DNA from: Syntrophales bacterium
GTDB lineage: Bacteria > Desulfobacterota > Syntrophia > Syntrophales > UBA4778
NCBI GenBank assembly: GCA_963665615.2
Contig: CAXXQE010000008.1
Span: forward strand, 806,001 to 870,000
Direction of reading: 5' to 3'
DNA: 64,000 bases
Position 1 is the stretch's first letter, and each line of letters opens with the position of its first letter. Below the pieces are notes generated by a model that had not been told where the DNA came from, did no database searches, and was given only the letters and a program-made list of their open reading frames with translations. The position numbers were made by a program, and so were the translations under genes. This document shows positions 24,939 to 34,117 of this stretch, piece by piece.

Positions 24939-25610
24939 TCAATGTTTAACCCAGGTCACCAGCTCTCCAAGAGGTGCCCGTTCGCGTTCGAATGTATTGA
25001 TCGGTGCTTCTCGTTCCGGGAAACCCAGTGCGATACCGATGGCAAAGAGTTTGTGGTCGGCGTTCGGCACTATACCTCGCAGTACCGGTGGGTATCTCAC
25101 GGCGCCTGCAAGCAGGCAGGTTCCCAAGCCACGATCATGGGCCAGGAGACACAGGGTTTGCGTGATGAGCCCCAGGTCGAACATCGCATATTCGTGTGAA
25201 CCGTGACGCCGATCAATACAGCCGACAATCAAGCAGGGGGCGTCAAAGATTTCGTATATGGCGCGAGACTGGAGATGGCGACGCTCGTCGTCGTTTCTTT
25301 GAATGCCCAGTGCCTTTAGCATGCTTTTCCCAATGCCGTTGTATCGCGCCTTGAGGGTGGCGATCCATTCTGTTGCCATGGGGATATCTGGAAAACTCGG
25401 CTCGCCCTGATCAAACTTCTGGCCGTTTGTCTTTTTGAAGGTCTTTAGGGCATTTCCCGTTAAAACATAGAACTCCCATGGCTGCGTGTTACCCCACGAA
25501 GGTGCCCAGCGCGCCTCATCCAGAATTTCCCGGACAAGCGTTTCCGGAACAGGAACCGTCGTGAATCTTCGGATGCTCCTGCGTCCTCTGACTGTTGATC
25601 TTATATCCAT
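24939..25610 (-). CDS. Nitroreductase family protein
   Basis: RRSIRRF, APSWGNTQPW, GLGTC, ALGFP. Confidence 0.9.
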   Translation of the reverse strand: MDIRSTVRGRRSIRRFTTVPVPETLVREILDEARWAPSWGNTQPWEFYVLTGNALKTFKKTNGQKFDQGEPSFPDIPMATEWIATLKARYNGIGKSMLKALGIQRNDDERRHLQSRAIYEIFDAPCLIVGCIDRRHGSHEYAMFDLGLITQTLCLLAHDRGLGTCLLAGAVRYPPVLRGIVPNADHKLFAIGIALGFPEREAPINTFERERAPLGELVTWVKH

Positions 25611-25628
25611 GGCGTCTCCTGTCGCATG

Positions 25629-26291
25629 TTAGCCCTGCGGGGCTTCCGGGGATGCGAGAACTTCGTAATGGCTTCGCCAAAGCGCGTCGACAAACGATTC
25701 GATGTTTTCTCCCCTTACTCTGAGCATGACGAGATGGCTATTCGTGCTGAGCGGGTGAGTGAGCAGGGTCAGAATTTCCATGTGATTGGTCTGACACAGC
25801 GATACCAGCGTGTAGAAGATGTCGAACTTTTCTTCAACGGGGATCCGGAAGCAGATGCGTCGACCATCGGTTCCCATGCGGGCGATATTGGCCAGTGCCC
25901 CCAGGATGTCGGATTCCGTGATGATGCCGACAAGGCGGTCCCCTTCAGTAACGGGAACAGCCCCGATTCGATGCCGACGCATCAGCGCACCCACTTCCTC
26001 AAGCGGGGCATTGCGATCACAGGTAATCGGCGAGGGCGTCATGACCGCATCGACCCGGAGGCCCCTGAGCCGTTGTCGTTGCTCGTCCGTCAGTTCTGCG
26101 CGGTTCAGCTCGTGAGGGCCGATGAAAGGATAAACGTCAGACAGGGCAAGGATGCCGCAGAGCTGATTGCCGTCAGCGATGATCGGAAGGCGTCGGATCT
26201 TGTTTTGTCGCATCAGGTCCAGGGTCGCCTCGAGATCCATGTCCGCCCGGGCGGTGATGGCGGGCGATGCCATCCAATAACGGACCAGCAT
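25629..26291 (-). CDS. CBS-pair protein (AcuB-like)
   Basis: KIRRLPI and IGAVPV...LVGIITESD CBS motifs, followed by an ACT-like C-terminus. Confidence 0.8.
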   Translation of the reverse strand: MLVRYWMASPAITARADMDLEATLDLMRQNKIRRLPIIADGNQLCGILALSDVYPFIGPHELNRAELTDEQRQRLRGLRVDAVMTPSPITCDRNAPLEEVGALMRRHRIGAVPVTEGDRLVGIITESDILGALANIARMGTDGRRICFRIPVEEKFDIFYTLVSLCQTNHMEILTLLTHPLSTNSHLVMLRVRGENIESFVDALWRSHYEVLASPEAPQG

Positions 26292-26316
26292 GAGAATCTC
26301 CCCTCAGATGTGATGG

Positions 26317-26694
26317 TTACGGTGTAATGATGCCGCTGCCCCCCGAAGACGAGCCGCCAGGGACTATGATCCTGGACTGGGCCTCTCGCTGCACTTTCTC
26401 CGCCTCTTCCATCAGATGTGCGATATACGACTCCATTGCCGCTGCAAATTGGTCTATAGCGCCTTGGAGGTCTTGGGCCTCAATCGGAAACTGAATGGGT
26501 ATGGGGCCCTGAGGGGTATAAAGCTGCGATTGGCCGGCGAATAAAACCGGTCGCGTCGCGTCAAATTCGCCCTCGGGTTTGATCGGGGTCATCCGACGGA
26601 TGGCGCCAGTAGAGAGGTCTGTAAAAACCTCTTCCCGATAGAGATTGCCCTGATTGAATCGAATCCCTTTTTCCTTGTCGCTTAAGTCTATCAA
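26317..26694 (-). CDS. Conserved hypothetical cytoplasmic protein
   Basis: NLYREEVFTDL...GAIRR...SRIIVPG; RBS AAAGGGA; operonic position. Confidence 0.7.
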   Translation of the reverse strand: MIDLSDKEKGIRFNQGNLYREEVFTDLSTGAIRRMTPIKPEGEFDATRPVLFAGQSQLYTPQGPIPIQFPIEAQDLQGAIDQFAAAMESYIAHLMEEAEKVQREAQSRIIVPGGSSSGGSGIITP

Positions 26695-26734
26695 GATCGT
26701 GTCCCTTTCTGCCGTCGAGTCATGGTGGCTAGTT

Positions 26735-28066
26735 TTACCGGCTCGATTCGACGTAGCGTACGATGTACTCTGCGATGCGTTCGATCGTGTCCGTAAATTT
26801 CGCCTCGTCCTTTTCCAGTAACGTCAGCCGGAAGCCCTGCAGGGACGTGAAGAACGACGTCAACGGCACGACGCAGATCCCCGTTGTCCCCAAGAGATAA
26901 TAGACAAAGCGCTTATCGTGCTCCACCTTGCCTCTCTGGATAATCTGCTCGATGTATTCCTTGACAGCGGGATGCTGAATTTCAAGCGTCTGCCTGTCGT
27001 TGAGGACATCTTCATTGAAGACCACCGTCATGTAGAAGGCCCCGTTTGTGCGGTTGACGGTTACGTAAGGGACCTCTTTTAGAATATCGTATCCGATATT
27101 GGAGAGGCGCTCGTAATGGCCAATACGCTGGTTGAGGTATTCCGAATACTGCGGATGCTCCATAATCCTCGGAATCGACATCTGTGGAAGCGTTGTTGAA
27201 CAGACCTCAGACATTTTTTGCTGTAAGATTGCTTCGATATACCTCTTGAAGGCCTCATCCTTATCAGCGTTGTAGACCTCAATCCATCCACATCGTGCAC
27301 CCGGCCAGGGGAATTCCTTTGAGATGCCCTTCATGCTGAAGCCCGGCACATCGCCGATAATATCGGACAGGGGGATCGTCTTGTAACCGTTATAGAGCAG
27401 ATTCATGTACGTTTCGTCGAACACCAGGAACAGTTCATATTCTTTGGCGATGGAGACGATCTTTTTCAGAGGCTCCTCGGGATAGACATACCCCGTCGGG
27501 TTGTCCGGATTGATCACCAGGATGCCGACGATAGAGCGATGGCTTTTGACCTTCTCCTCCAACTCCTTTAGATTGGGCGCCCAGCCTTTAGACGGATCCA
27601 TCCGGTAGGTATTGGGTGGAAAGGACGCGTGCTGAACCTCGGCCAGAAAGTGGGTCGAGTAGGTCGGCTCCGGCATGATGATCCGTGCGTCAATATGGAG
27701 AGAGCTGTAGGCGCGGGCAATGGCGTCGCCGAGACCATTGAAGAAGATGATGTCCTCTTTTGTAATCTGGGCACCGCCCCGCGCATTGACCTTTGCCGCG
27801 AGGTATTCCCTAGTTTCGTCCATGCCCTTGGTCGGGGAGTAGCCGTACGCCTGGTCTTCCTTCAAGACCGCCATCACGGTTTGTTTCATCCAATCGGGGA
27901 TCCGCTCGCCCTTCTGCACGGGGTCGCCGATGTTTTCCCAGGTAATCTCAATGCCGTTTTCTTTCAGTTTATTTGCAACGCCTACGATGTTTCTGATCTC
28001 GTAGGTCATTCCACTGCCGCTTTTTGCGATATCGTATCTCATAAAAATTTTCCATGCATCCTTCAA
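26735..28066 (-). CDS. PLP-dependent aminotransferase, class I/II
   Basis: NIGDP, INPDNPTG, FDETY, SKEFPWPGARCGW; start could be 28042. Confidence 0.9.
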   Translation of the reverse strand: MKDAWKIFMRYDIAKSGSGMTYEIRNIVGVANKLKENGIEITWENIGDPVQKGERIPDWMKQTVMAVLKEDQAYGYSPTKGMDETREYLAAKVNARGGAQITKEDIIFFNGLGDAIARAYSSLHIDARIIMPEPTYSTHFLAEVQHASFPPNTYRMDPSKGWAPNLKELEEKVKSHRSIVGILVINPDNPTGYVYPEEPLKKIVSIAKEYELFLVFDETYMNLLYNGYKTIPLSDIIGDVPGFSMKGISKEFPWPGARCGWIEVYNADKDEAFKRYIEAILQQKMSEVCSTTLPQMSIPRIMEHPQYSEYLNQRIGHYERLSNIGYDILKEVPYVTVNRTNGAFYMTVVFNEDVLNDRQTLEIQHPAVKEYIEQIIQRGKVEHDKRFVYYLLGTTGICVVPLTSFFTSLQGFRLTLLEKDEAKFTDTIERIAEYIVRYVESSR

Positions 28067-28281
28067 TCATTATAATGAATGATCTGTATTATAAATATGG
28101 AAAAAATTCTAGATCTTTTTAGCGCAAAGGCACGGTAGGCATAGCGATGAGCGTTTATGGTCCGTTCGTTGATAAGGCACAGGCAAAGAAGGGGATGCTC
28201 TCAGCTTAAAACTTTCGTTTCGACGGCAAAGATGATATAAAAAACCATTTTAAAATTGGCTTGATAGGGGAAGTGACCACC

Positions 28282-28923
28282 ATGGCGGTTGTGTCCTTGT
28301 TTGATTCCATCGCTATTCCTGCACCCCGCGAAGAGATATTCCGCCGTCTCGGTTACAAAAAGGGAAGAACGCAAATCCTTTCTGAGCAACGTGATGAAAT
28401 TGACGGCTTTATTGATGACGCCGTTTCGGATATTCACCTGAAAGGCGCTGCGGTTCGGATTCCGATTGTTGAAAAGAGGGGAATACAGACGTTTCTGGCT
28501 TCGGGGCAGATCATTCACAGCGCCCGACTGGCCGCGCTGCTAACGTATTCAGAGGAGGTGCTGTTAATTGGTGCGACCGCCGGCCATCAGATTATGCACC
28601 GGATCCTGGAGGATTCAGCCTGCAACCAGATGACACGGGCGATTGTTCTGGATGCCACGGCCAGCGAGATGACCGATGGGGCCCTCGACTGGATCGTTCG
28701 ATATTTCAATCACATTCTGAGTAGGGAAGGCAGGCGGCTGACGAAAAACCGTTATTCCGCTGGCTACGGGGATTTCCCTTTGGAGAACCAGGCGTGGATT
28801 TATGCGGCCCTTGAATTGAACCGGTTGGACATAGCGTTGACAGAGGCCTTTATACTTGTTCCTGAGAAAAGCGTAACGGCAATATCAGGCATTGAGAGGG
28901 CAAACAGAGCGGACAATGAATAA
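28282..28923 (+). CDS. Stand-alone methionine synthase activation-domain-like protein
   Basis: RYSAGYGDFPL and PEKSVTAISG; directly upstream of the MetH core. Confidence 0.75.
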   Translation: MAVVSLFDSIAIPAPREEIFRRLGYKKGRTQILSEQRDEIDGFIDDAVSDIHLKGAAVRIPIVEKRGIQTFLASGQIIHSARLAALLTYSEEVLLIGATAGHQIMHRILEDSACNQMTRAIVLDATASEMTDGALDWIVRYFNHILSREGRRLTKNRYSAGYGDFPLENQAWIYAALELNRLDIALTEAFILVPEKSVTAISGIERANRADNE

Positions 28924-31345
28924 AGATTATTTTCAGGAATGCCTCAACGGCAGGATTATGCTTCTCGACGGCGCTACCGGTACAGAGCTGCAGAAGCGCG
29001 GCCTCGATCCGGGAGCCTGCCCGGAACTTTGGTGTTTGGAGCATCCAGATGTCTTGGCAGTAGTCCATGCCGACTACGTCCGGGCGGGAGCGGACATCAT
29101 CTACACCTGTACCTTCGGTGCAAATCGCTACAAGCTTGAGCAGTACAGCCGAAGCGATGTCTACGAGGTGAACCGGAAGCTTGCGACCGTGGCCAAAAAG
29201 GCCGCTGGCAGCAAGGCTATTGTGGCGGGGGATATCGGCCCCACGGGGCAGTTTGTCGAGCCCTTTGGCGGCATTCCCTTCGAGGCGATGGTGGATGTTT
29301 ACAAAGAACAGGTTCGGGGGCTTCTCGACGGCGGCGTTGACTGCTTTGTCATCGAGACGATGATGGATATCCAGGAGGCGCGGGCAGCCCTGTTGGCGGT
29401 CAAGGAATTGACCGATGCTTTTACCCTGGTGACGATGACCTATGAAAAAGACGGCCGGACCCTTAATGGGACCGATGCGGTTTCCGCGCTGATCACGCTT
29501 CAGAGTTTGGGCGCCGATGCCGTCGGTTGCAATTGTTCGGCGGGGCCGGACGCCATGTTGAAGCTCATTTCGGCGATGAAACCGTACGCGCGGGTGCCGC
29601 TCGCCGCTAAGCCCAACGCGGGTCTTCCGAAATTCGTCGACGGAAAAACCGTCTTCGAGATGGACCCTGCCACCTTTGCCTCTTTCGGAAAAACCTTTGT
29701 CGCCGACGGGGTCAATCTGATGGGGGGATGTTGCGGAACGACGCCGCAGCACATTGCAGCCCTAAAGCAGTCCATTGGGTCAGACCGCCCCTATAGACCG
29801 ATCGGACAGTCTGTCGCGGCGCTCAGTTCCGCCAGGGGGCATGTGCTCCTGGATCCCAAATTGCCCCTGATTATTGTTGGAGAACGCATCAACCCGACCG
29901 GCAAAAAGGTCTTGAGGGAGGCGTTGCAACAGAATCTGGCGAAGGGGGAGTTCTCCTTGATTCGAGACATGGCCAGGGATCAAGAACGAGAGGGGGCACA
30001 ACTGCTGGATGTCAATGTGGGCGTGCCCGGAATTGACGAAACGGCTGCGATGCGATCCGTGGTCGGATTTCTGGCCAAGACGACCGCGCTGCCGCTAGTA
30101 ATCGACTCGCCTAACATGGAGACGATCGAAACCGCGCTGCGGCTGTATCCGGGACGGGCGCTGATCAACTCCATCTCGGGTGAAAAGGCGAAGCTGAAAA
30201 AACTTTTGCCCATCGCTGCCAAGTATGGGGCCATGTTCATCTTGCTGCCCCTAACGGACAAGGAAGTTCCGGAACTGGCGGCGACCAGAAAACGGATTAT
30301 CCGCCGGATCCTCAACGCGGCCAAGCACCATGGATTTACCCCTGACGATATCGTTATCGACGGTCTGGTGATGACCGTTGCCGCCAATGGCGGCGCGGCG
30401 CTGGAGACCCTGGATACAGTCGAATGGTGCACCAATACGCTCAAGATGCGCACACTCCTGGGGCTCTCGAATGTTTCGTTCGGTCTGCCGGAGCGGAAGT
30501 GGATCAATGCGGCCTTTCTGGCGATGGCCTGTGCGAAGGGCCTGACGATGGCGATCGCCAATCCGTCTCAGGAAGAGTTCATGCATATCAAGATGGCGGC
30601 GGATGCCCTGTCGCTGAAGGATAAAAATGCCCGCCGTTATGTCGAACGCTTTGTCATTCGCGAGCCTCAACTGCCGGCAGTGGCTCAGACTGCGCACGAG
30701 GAGGCATCGCCGCAGAGCAGAGTGCGCCAAGGGATTCTGGATGGTAGCCGTGAGGAAATTACTGAGTTGATCGATCAGGCCCTGGTCGGCGGCATGGCGG
30801 CCTTTGAACTGGTCGAGCATGTTATGATTCCGGCTATTACGGAGGTCGGAGAACTCTTTGAAAAGCGCGCCTATTTCCTGCCGCAGTTGATTGCATCCGC
30901 AGAAACCATGAAACGGGGTGTCGATTATCTGGAACCTCGCCTTCAGGACGGGACCTCGTTGAGGCATCGGGGACTGGTTTTTCTGGCGACGGTGGAGGGC
31001 GATATTCACGATATCGGCAAGAACATCATCGCGCTGATTATCAGAAATCATGGCTACGAGGTGATTGATCTTGGCAAGGATGTTCCTGCCGAGAGGATCA
31101 TCTCTGAGGCGAAAAAGCTCGGTCCGATCGCGATCGGGCTGTCCGCACTCATGACGACGACCATGCCGCGGATGAAGGAAGTCATTGACTTAGCAAATGC
31201 GGAGAGACTTGACGCATGCTTCATCGTCGGTGGCGCCGTTGTGACTAGAAGCTATGCGGAGTCGATCGGCGCCTTCTATGCCAAAGATGGCGTTGAGGTC
31301 GTTCAACTGATTCGGGGAATCGAGCAGAAAACAGAGGACCGGTAG
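28916..31345 (+). CDS. metH: B12-dependent methionine synthase core (homocysteine-binding, pterin-binding, cap and B12-binding domains)
   Basis: LDGATGT, GCNC, GGCCGTTP, GERINPTG, GLSNVSFG, GDIHDIGKN, LSALMTT. Confidence 0.9.
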   Translation: MNKDYFQECLNGRIMLLDGATGTELQKRGLDPGACPELWCLEHPDVLAVVHADYVRAGADIIYTCTFGANRYKLEQYSRSDVYEVNRKLATVAKKAAGSKAIVAGDIGPTGQFVEPFGGIPFEAMVDVYKEQVRGLLDGGVDCFVIETMMDIQEARAALLAVKELTDAFTLVTMTYEKDGRTLNGTDAVSALITLQSLGADAVGCNCSAGPDAMLKLISAMKPYARVPLAAKPNAGLPKFVDGKTVFEMDPATFASFGKTFVADGVNLMGGCCGTTPQHIAALKQSIGSDRPYRPIGQSVAALSSARGHVLLDPKLPLIIVGERINPTGKKVLREALQQNLAKGEFSLIRDMARDQEREGAQLLDVNVGVPGIDETAAMRSVVGFLAKTTALPLVIDSPNMETIETALRLYPGRALINSISGEKAKLKKLLPIAAKYGAMFILLPLTDKEVPELAATRKRIIRRILNAAKHHGFTPDDIVIDGLVMTVAANGGAALETLDTVEWCTNTLKMRTLLGLSNVSFGLPERKWINAAFLAMACAKGLTMAIANPSQEEFMHIKMAADALSLKDKNARRYVERFVIREPQLPAVAQTAHEEASPQSRVRQGILDGSREEITELIDQALVGGMAAFELVEHVMIPAITEVGELFEKRAYFLPQLIASAETMKRGVDYLEPRLQDGTSLRHRGLVFLATVEGDIHDIGKNIIALIIRNHGYEVIDLGKDVPAERIISEAKKLGPIAIGLSALMTTTMPRMKEVIDLANAERLDACFIVGGAVVTRSYAESIGAFYAKDGVEVVQLIRGIEQKTEDR

Positions 31346-31494
31346 GAATCTCCGGCTTGCGCTATTATTCGACCTTTGCGAACGTTCTATAACGGCGAGG
31401 TTTTGATCGCAGATCCTTCGCGGATATCCGGTATAATTGAAAAGTAGCGATGAAAGCGTTTCTGGCAGGCTTCTCGAGGTAAACCATTTTTTTA

Positions 31495-31523
31495 TTGCCG
31501 TGTCATCTTAAGTGGGCTATTAT
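31495..31523 (+). promoter_or_regulatory. Candidate sigma70 promoter of pyrE
   Basis: TTGCCG-N17-TATTAT. Confidence 0.45.
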
Positions 31524-31558
31524 CTAAAAGTTTATCATGCATCAAGGAGGCAGCGAGG

Positions 31559-32146
31559 TTGGGCACAGACATTAAAGACATAAAAAAAAGGCTTGCGCAA
31601 ATCATTGTCGAACGATCTTTCAAGTACAGCAAGGACGAACCTTTCACGCTCTCCTCCGGGAATCAGAGCCATTATTATTTCGATTGCAAACCCACCACGC
31701 TGGATCCCGAAGGGATGAATCTGATCGGCGCGATTGTGTTCGATATGCTGAGAGATTCGGCGGTGACCGCTGCAGGTGGTTTGAGTCTGGGGGCAGACCC
31801 TATTGCCAATTCGGTTTCCTTGGTCTCGTTTCAAGGCGGTCGGCCGATTAAATCATTTATTGTGAGAAAGGATGCCAAAGGGCACGGCACCAAAAGCAGG
31901 ATCGAAGGGAATGTTCGCCAAGGTGACGTTGTGGCGGTACTTGACGACGTTGTGACGACGGGCGCTTCAACCATTACCGCTATTGAAGCGGTTCAAGCCG
32001 CCGGCCTTGCCGTTGACCGTGTGATTGTTCTGATCGATCGGCAAGAGGGGGGCATTGAGAATATCAAAAAATACGTTGATCGGATTGATTCAGTGTTTAC
32101 CCGATCCGACATCATGAAGGTTTACGAAGGTAATGAAGTTAAATAA
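31559..32146 (+). CDS. pyrE: Orotate phosphoribosyltransferase
   Basis: FTLSSG..S.YYFD, VRKDAKGHG, LDDVVTTGAS PRPP loop. Confidence 0.93.
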   Translation: MGTDIKDIKKRLAQIIVERSFKYSKDEPFTLSSGNQSHYYFDCKPTTLDPEGMNLIGAIVFDMLRDSAVTAAGGLSLGADPIANSVSLVSFQGGRPIKSFIVRKDAKGHGTKSRIEGNVRQGDVVAVLDDVVTTGASTITAIEAVQAAGLAVDRVIVLIDRQEGGIENIKKYVDRIDSVFTRSDIMKVYEGNEVK

Positions 32147-32831
32147 GCATTTCATTATGGTTTTGTTTCTGGTGCTGGCCGGTGTTGTGAATCTTCGGGC
32201 GAGTAACGATGTTATTTCCGCCGCCAGATTTGATTCCACCTATATGACCTGTGGCGTTCCGGCAGGATGGCAACTCGAGGTCATCAAGGGCAAGCAAGTC
32301 ATCGATCTGGTCAAGTCGGGGGGGGCGCAGTGCCTTTATCTTTACAGTAACAAGGCCTCTTTTGGCCTCAAAAAGGCCGTTCGAGTTGATATCCGAGAGT
32401 ACCCCTATTTGAACTGGCAGTGGGCCGCAGAAAAATTGCCGCAGGGGGGCGATGGGCGGAAGCGATGCACCGACGATCAGGTCCTCCAGATCTATGTCGC
32501 CTTTCCGGCAAGTGGATGGCCGGAAAAACTCAATACGCCCATTATCGGTTATCTGTGGGATAACGAGGCACCGAAAAATGAATGGATGAAGAGTCCGCAG
32601 ATCGGCGCCGGAAACCTTCGCTGCTATATCATCAAGGATAAGACCGATCGTTTACATCAATGGCACGTCGAGAAAAGAAATATCTATGAAGACTATAAAC
32701 GTCTCTTCGCAGATATCAATGGCGGGGAACCGAAAGGTTCAACACAGGGGATTGGCATCTTCATCAATTCGCAACACACGGGGACCCAGGCGGAGGGATT
32801 CGTTAGGGAGATCTATTTCAGCAAGAATTAG
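32133..32831 (+). CDS. DUF3047-like exported protein
   Basis: Signal peptide; YPYLNWQW, DDQVLQIYVAF, EKRNIYEDY. Confidence 0.7.
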   Translation: MKLNKHFIMVLFLVLAGVVNLRASNDVISAARFDSTYMTCGVPAGWQLEVIKGKQVIDLVKSGGAQCLYLYSNKASFGLKKAVRVDIREYPYLNWQWAAEKLPQGGDGRKRCTDDQVLQIYVAFPASGWPEKLNTPIIGYLWDNEAPKNEWMKSPQIGAGNLRCYIIKDKTDRLHQWHVEKRNIYEDYKRLFADINGGEPKGSTQGIGIFINSQHTGTQAEGFVREIYFSKN

Positions 32832-32878
32832 CAAGCTGTCGAGTACAAGGTGAGCTGCCCGATCTTTCCAGACCACTA

Positions 32879-32917
32879 CTTCGGGACAGGCGTGACGCCT
32901 TGTCCCGAAGCCTTTTT
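32879..32917 (+). terminator. Intrinsic terminator between the DUF3047 and csp genes
   Basis: CTTCGGGACA-GGCG...CGCC-TGTCCCGAAG followed by CCTTTTT. Confidence 0.65.
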
Positions 32918-33025
32918 GAGCAGACAGACAAACAGATTGTACGTATGAGCGGTGAACCTGGCCTAATGCCCCCCAGAGATATCCTCCCGGGGTTGATCAT
33001 GAAAAGAGAGCTTGCTGCGACTCGA

Positions 33026-33232
33026 TCAAACCTTGCACACGTCGGCAGCGGCTTGCCCCTTGCGGTTCTGCTTGATTGAAAATTCGACGTTGTCTCCCTC
33101 TTTCAAGATACGAAATCCTTGACCGGTAATATCGGAGTAATGGACAAAAACATCTCCTCCGGTCTTACGAGCGATGAATCCATACCCCTTCTTTTCATCG
33201 AACCACTTTACCGTTCCAACTTCTCGATCCAT
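33026..33232 (-). CDS. Cold-shock protein (CspA family)
   Basis: GTVKWF..KKGYGFI (RNP1), DVFVHY (RNP2); start trimmed to 33232 (RBS GGAGG). Confidence 0.95.
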   Translation of the reverse strand: MDREVGTVKWFDEKKGYGFIARKTGGDVFVHYSDITGQGFRILKEGDNVEFSIKQNRKGQAAADVCKV

Positions 33233-33457
33233 AATTCTAACCTCCCGAAGACTAAAAGCAGAATCACAACGACTACTTTTATAAAGAAAATTGAAGCACC
33301 TCGTGTGCTGTTTTCTCTCCGAGACGAGACTCACCGTTTTTCGAAATAAAAAATCTGTTCCGAAAAACGGTGAGACAATACTATGGACCACCTGTTTATG
33401 TCAATATTTTTCTTTTAGAAATGTAGTAGAAAACTAGCTTCTTGTAGGATTGTACGA

Positions 33458-33712
33458 CTAGGCGGCGTAAACGCTGACTTTTTTGCGGGTCTTGTCCTTC
33501 CGCTCAAACTTCACAATGCCGTCGATCTTTGAGAAGATGGTATAGTCTTTCCCGAGTCCGACATTGTTGCCCGGATGAACTTTAGTGCCCAACTGCCGAA
33601 CGATGATAGACCCGGCGCTGACCATTTCTCCACTGAATGCCTTGATACCCCGGCGTTGTGCATTACTGTCTCTGCCGTTTCTGGAGCTCCCCTGACCTTT
33701 TTTGTGTGCCAT
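33458..33712 (-). CDS. rpmA: 50S ribosomal protein L27
   Basis: [16 protein letters not shown]. Confidence 0.98.
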   Translation of the reverse strand: MAHKKGQGSSRNGRDSNAQRRGIKAFSGEMVSAGSIIVRQLGTKVHPGNNVGLGKDYTIFSKIDGIVKFERKDKTRKKVSVYAA

Positions 33713-33735
33713 GTTGTGCTATCTCCTGCGCGTTC

Positions 33736-34047
33736 TTATATCGAAATCTTTTTGATCTTCAAACTGGTCAAGCTCTGACGATGACCGGTCTTCTTGCGAA
33801 AGCCTTTACGCCGTTTCATCTTGAAGATTGCAATCTTGGGGCCTTTAATGTCGGTAACAATTTCACCGATTACCGATGCACCGACAACATGAGGTTGGCC
33901 GACCTTGACGTCGCCATTGTCGGATACCATTAATACCTCATCAAAAACGACCTCAGACCCCGGTTCTCCGCAGAGCTTTTCAATATTCAGCCGGTCTCCT
34001 TCAGAAACCTTATACTGCTTTCCGCCTGTTTTGATGACCGCGTACAT
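33736..34047 (-). CDS. rplU: 50S ribosomal protein L21
   Basis: [12 protein letters not shown]...GHRQ. Confidence 0.98.
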   Translation of the reverse strand: MYAVIKTGGKQYKVSEGDRLNIEKLCGEPGSEVVFDEVLMVSDNGDVKVGQPHVVGASVIGEIVTDIKGPKIAIFKMKRRKGFRKKTGHRQSLTSLKIKKISI

Positions 34048-34082
34048 AGTTGAATCCTTCCCACATAAAAAGTTAAGCCGCC

Positions 34083-34110
34083 ATTATAGGTAACATTTGC
34101 ATTTTGTCAA
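34083..34110 (-). promoter_or_regulatory. sigma70 promoter of rplU-rpmA
   Basis: TTGACA-N16-TATAAT consensus followed by a GC-rich discriminator (GGCGGC). Confidence 0.8.
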
Positions 34111-34117
34111 TGCATTT

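Noticed and set aside
28067..28281. SAM, cobalamin or c-di-GMP riboswitch upstream of the metH pair
   Set aside because: No aptamer consensus was recognisable by eye; an Rfam scan would settle it.
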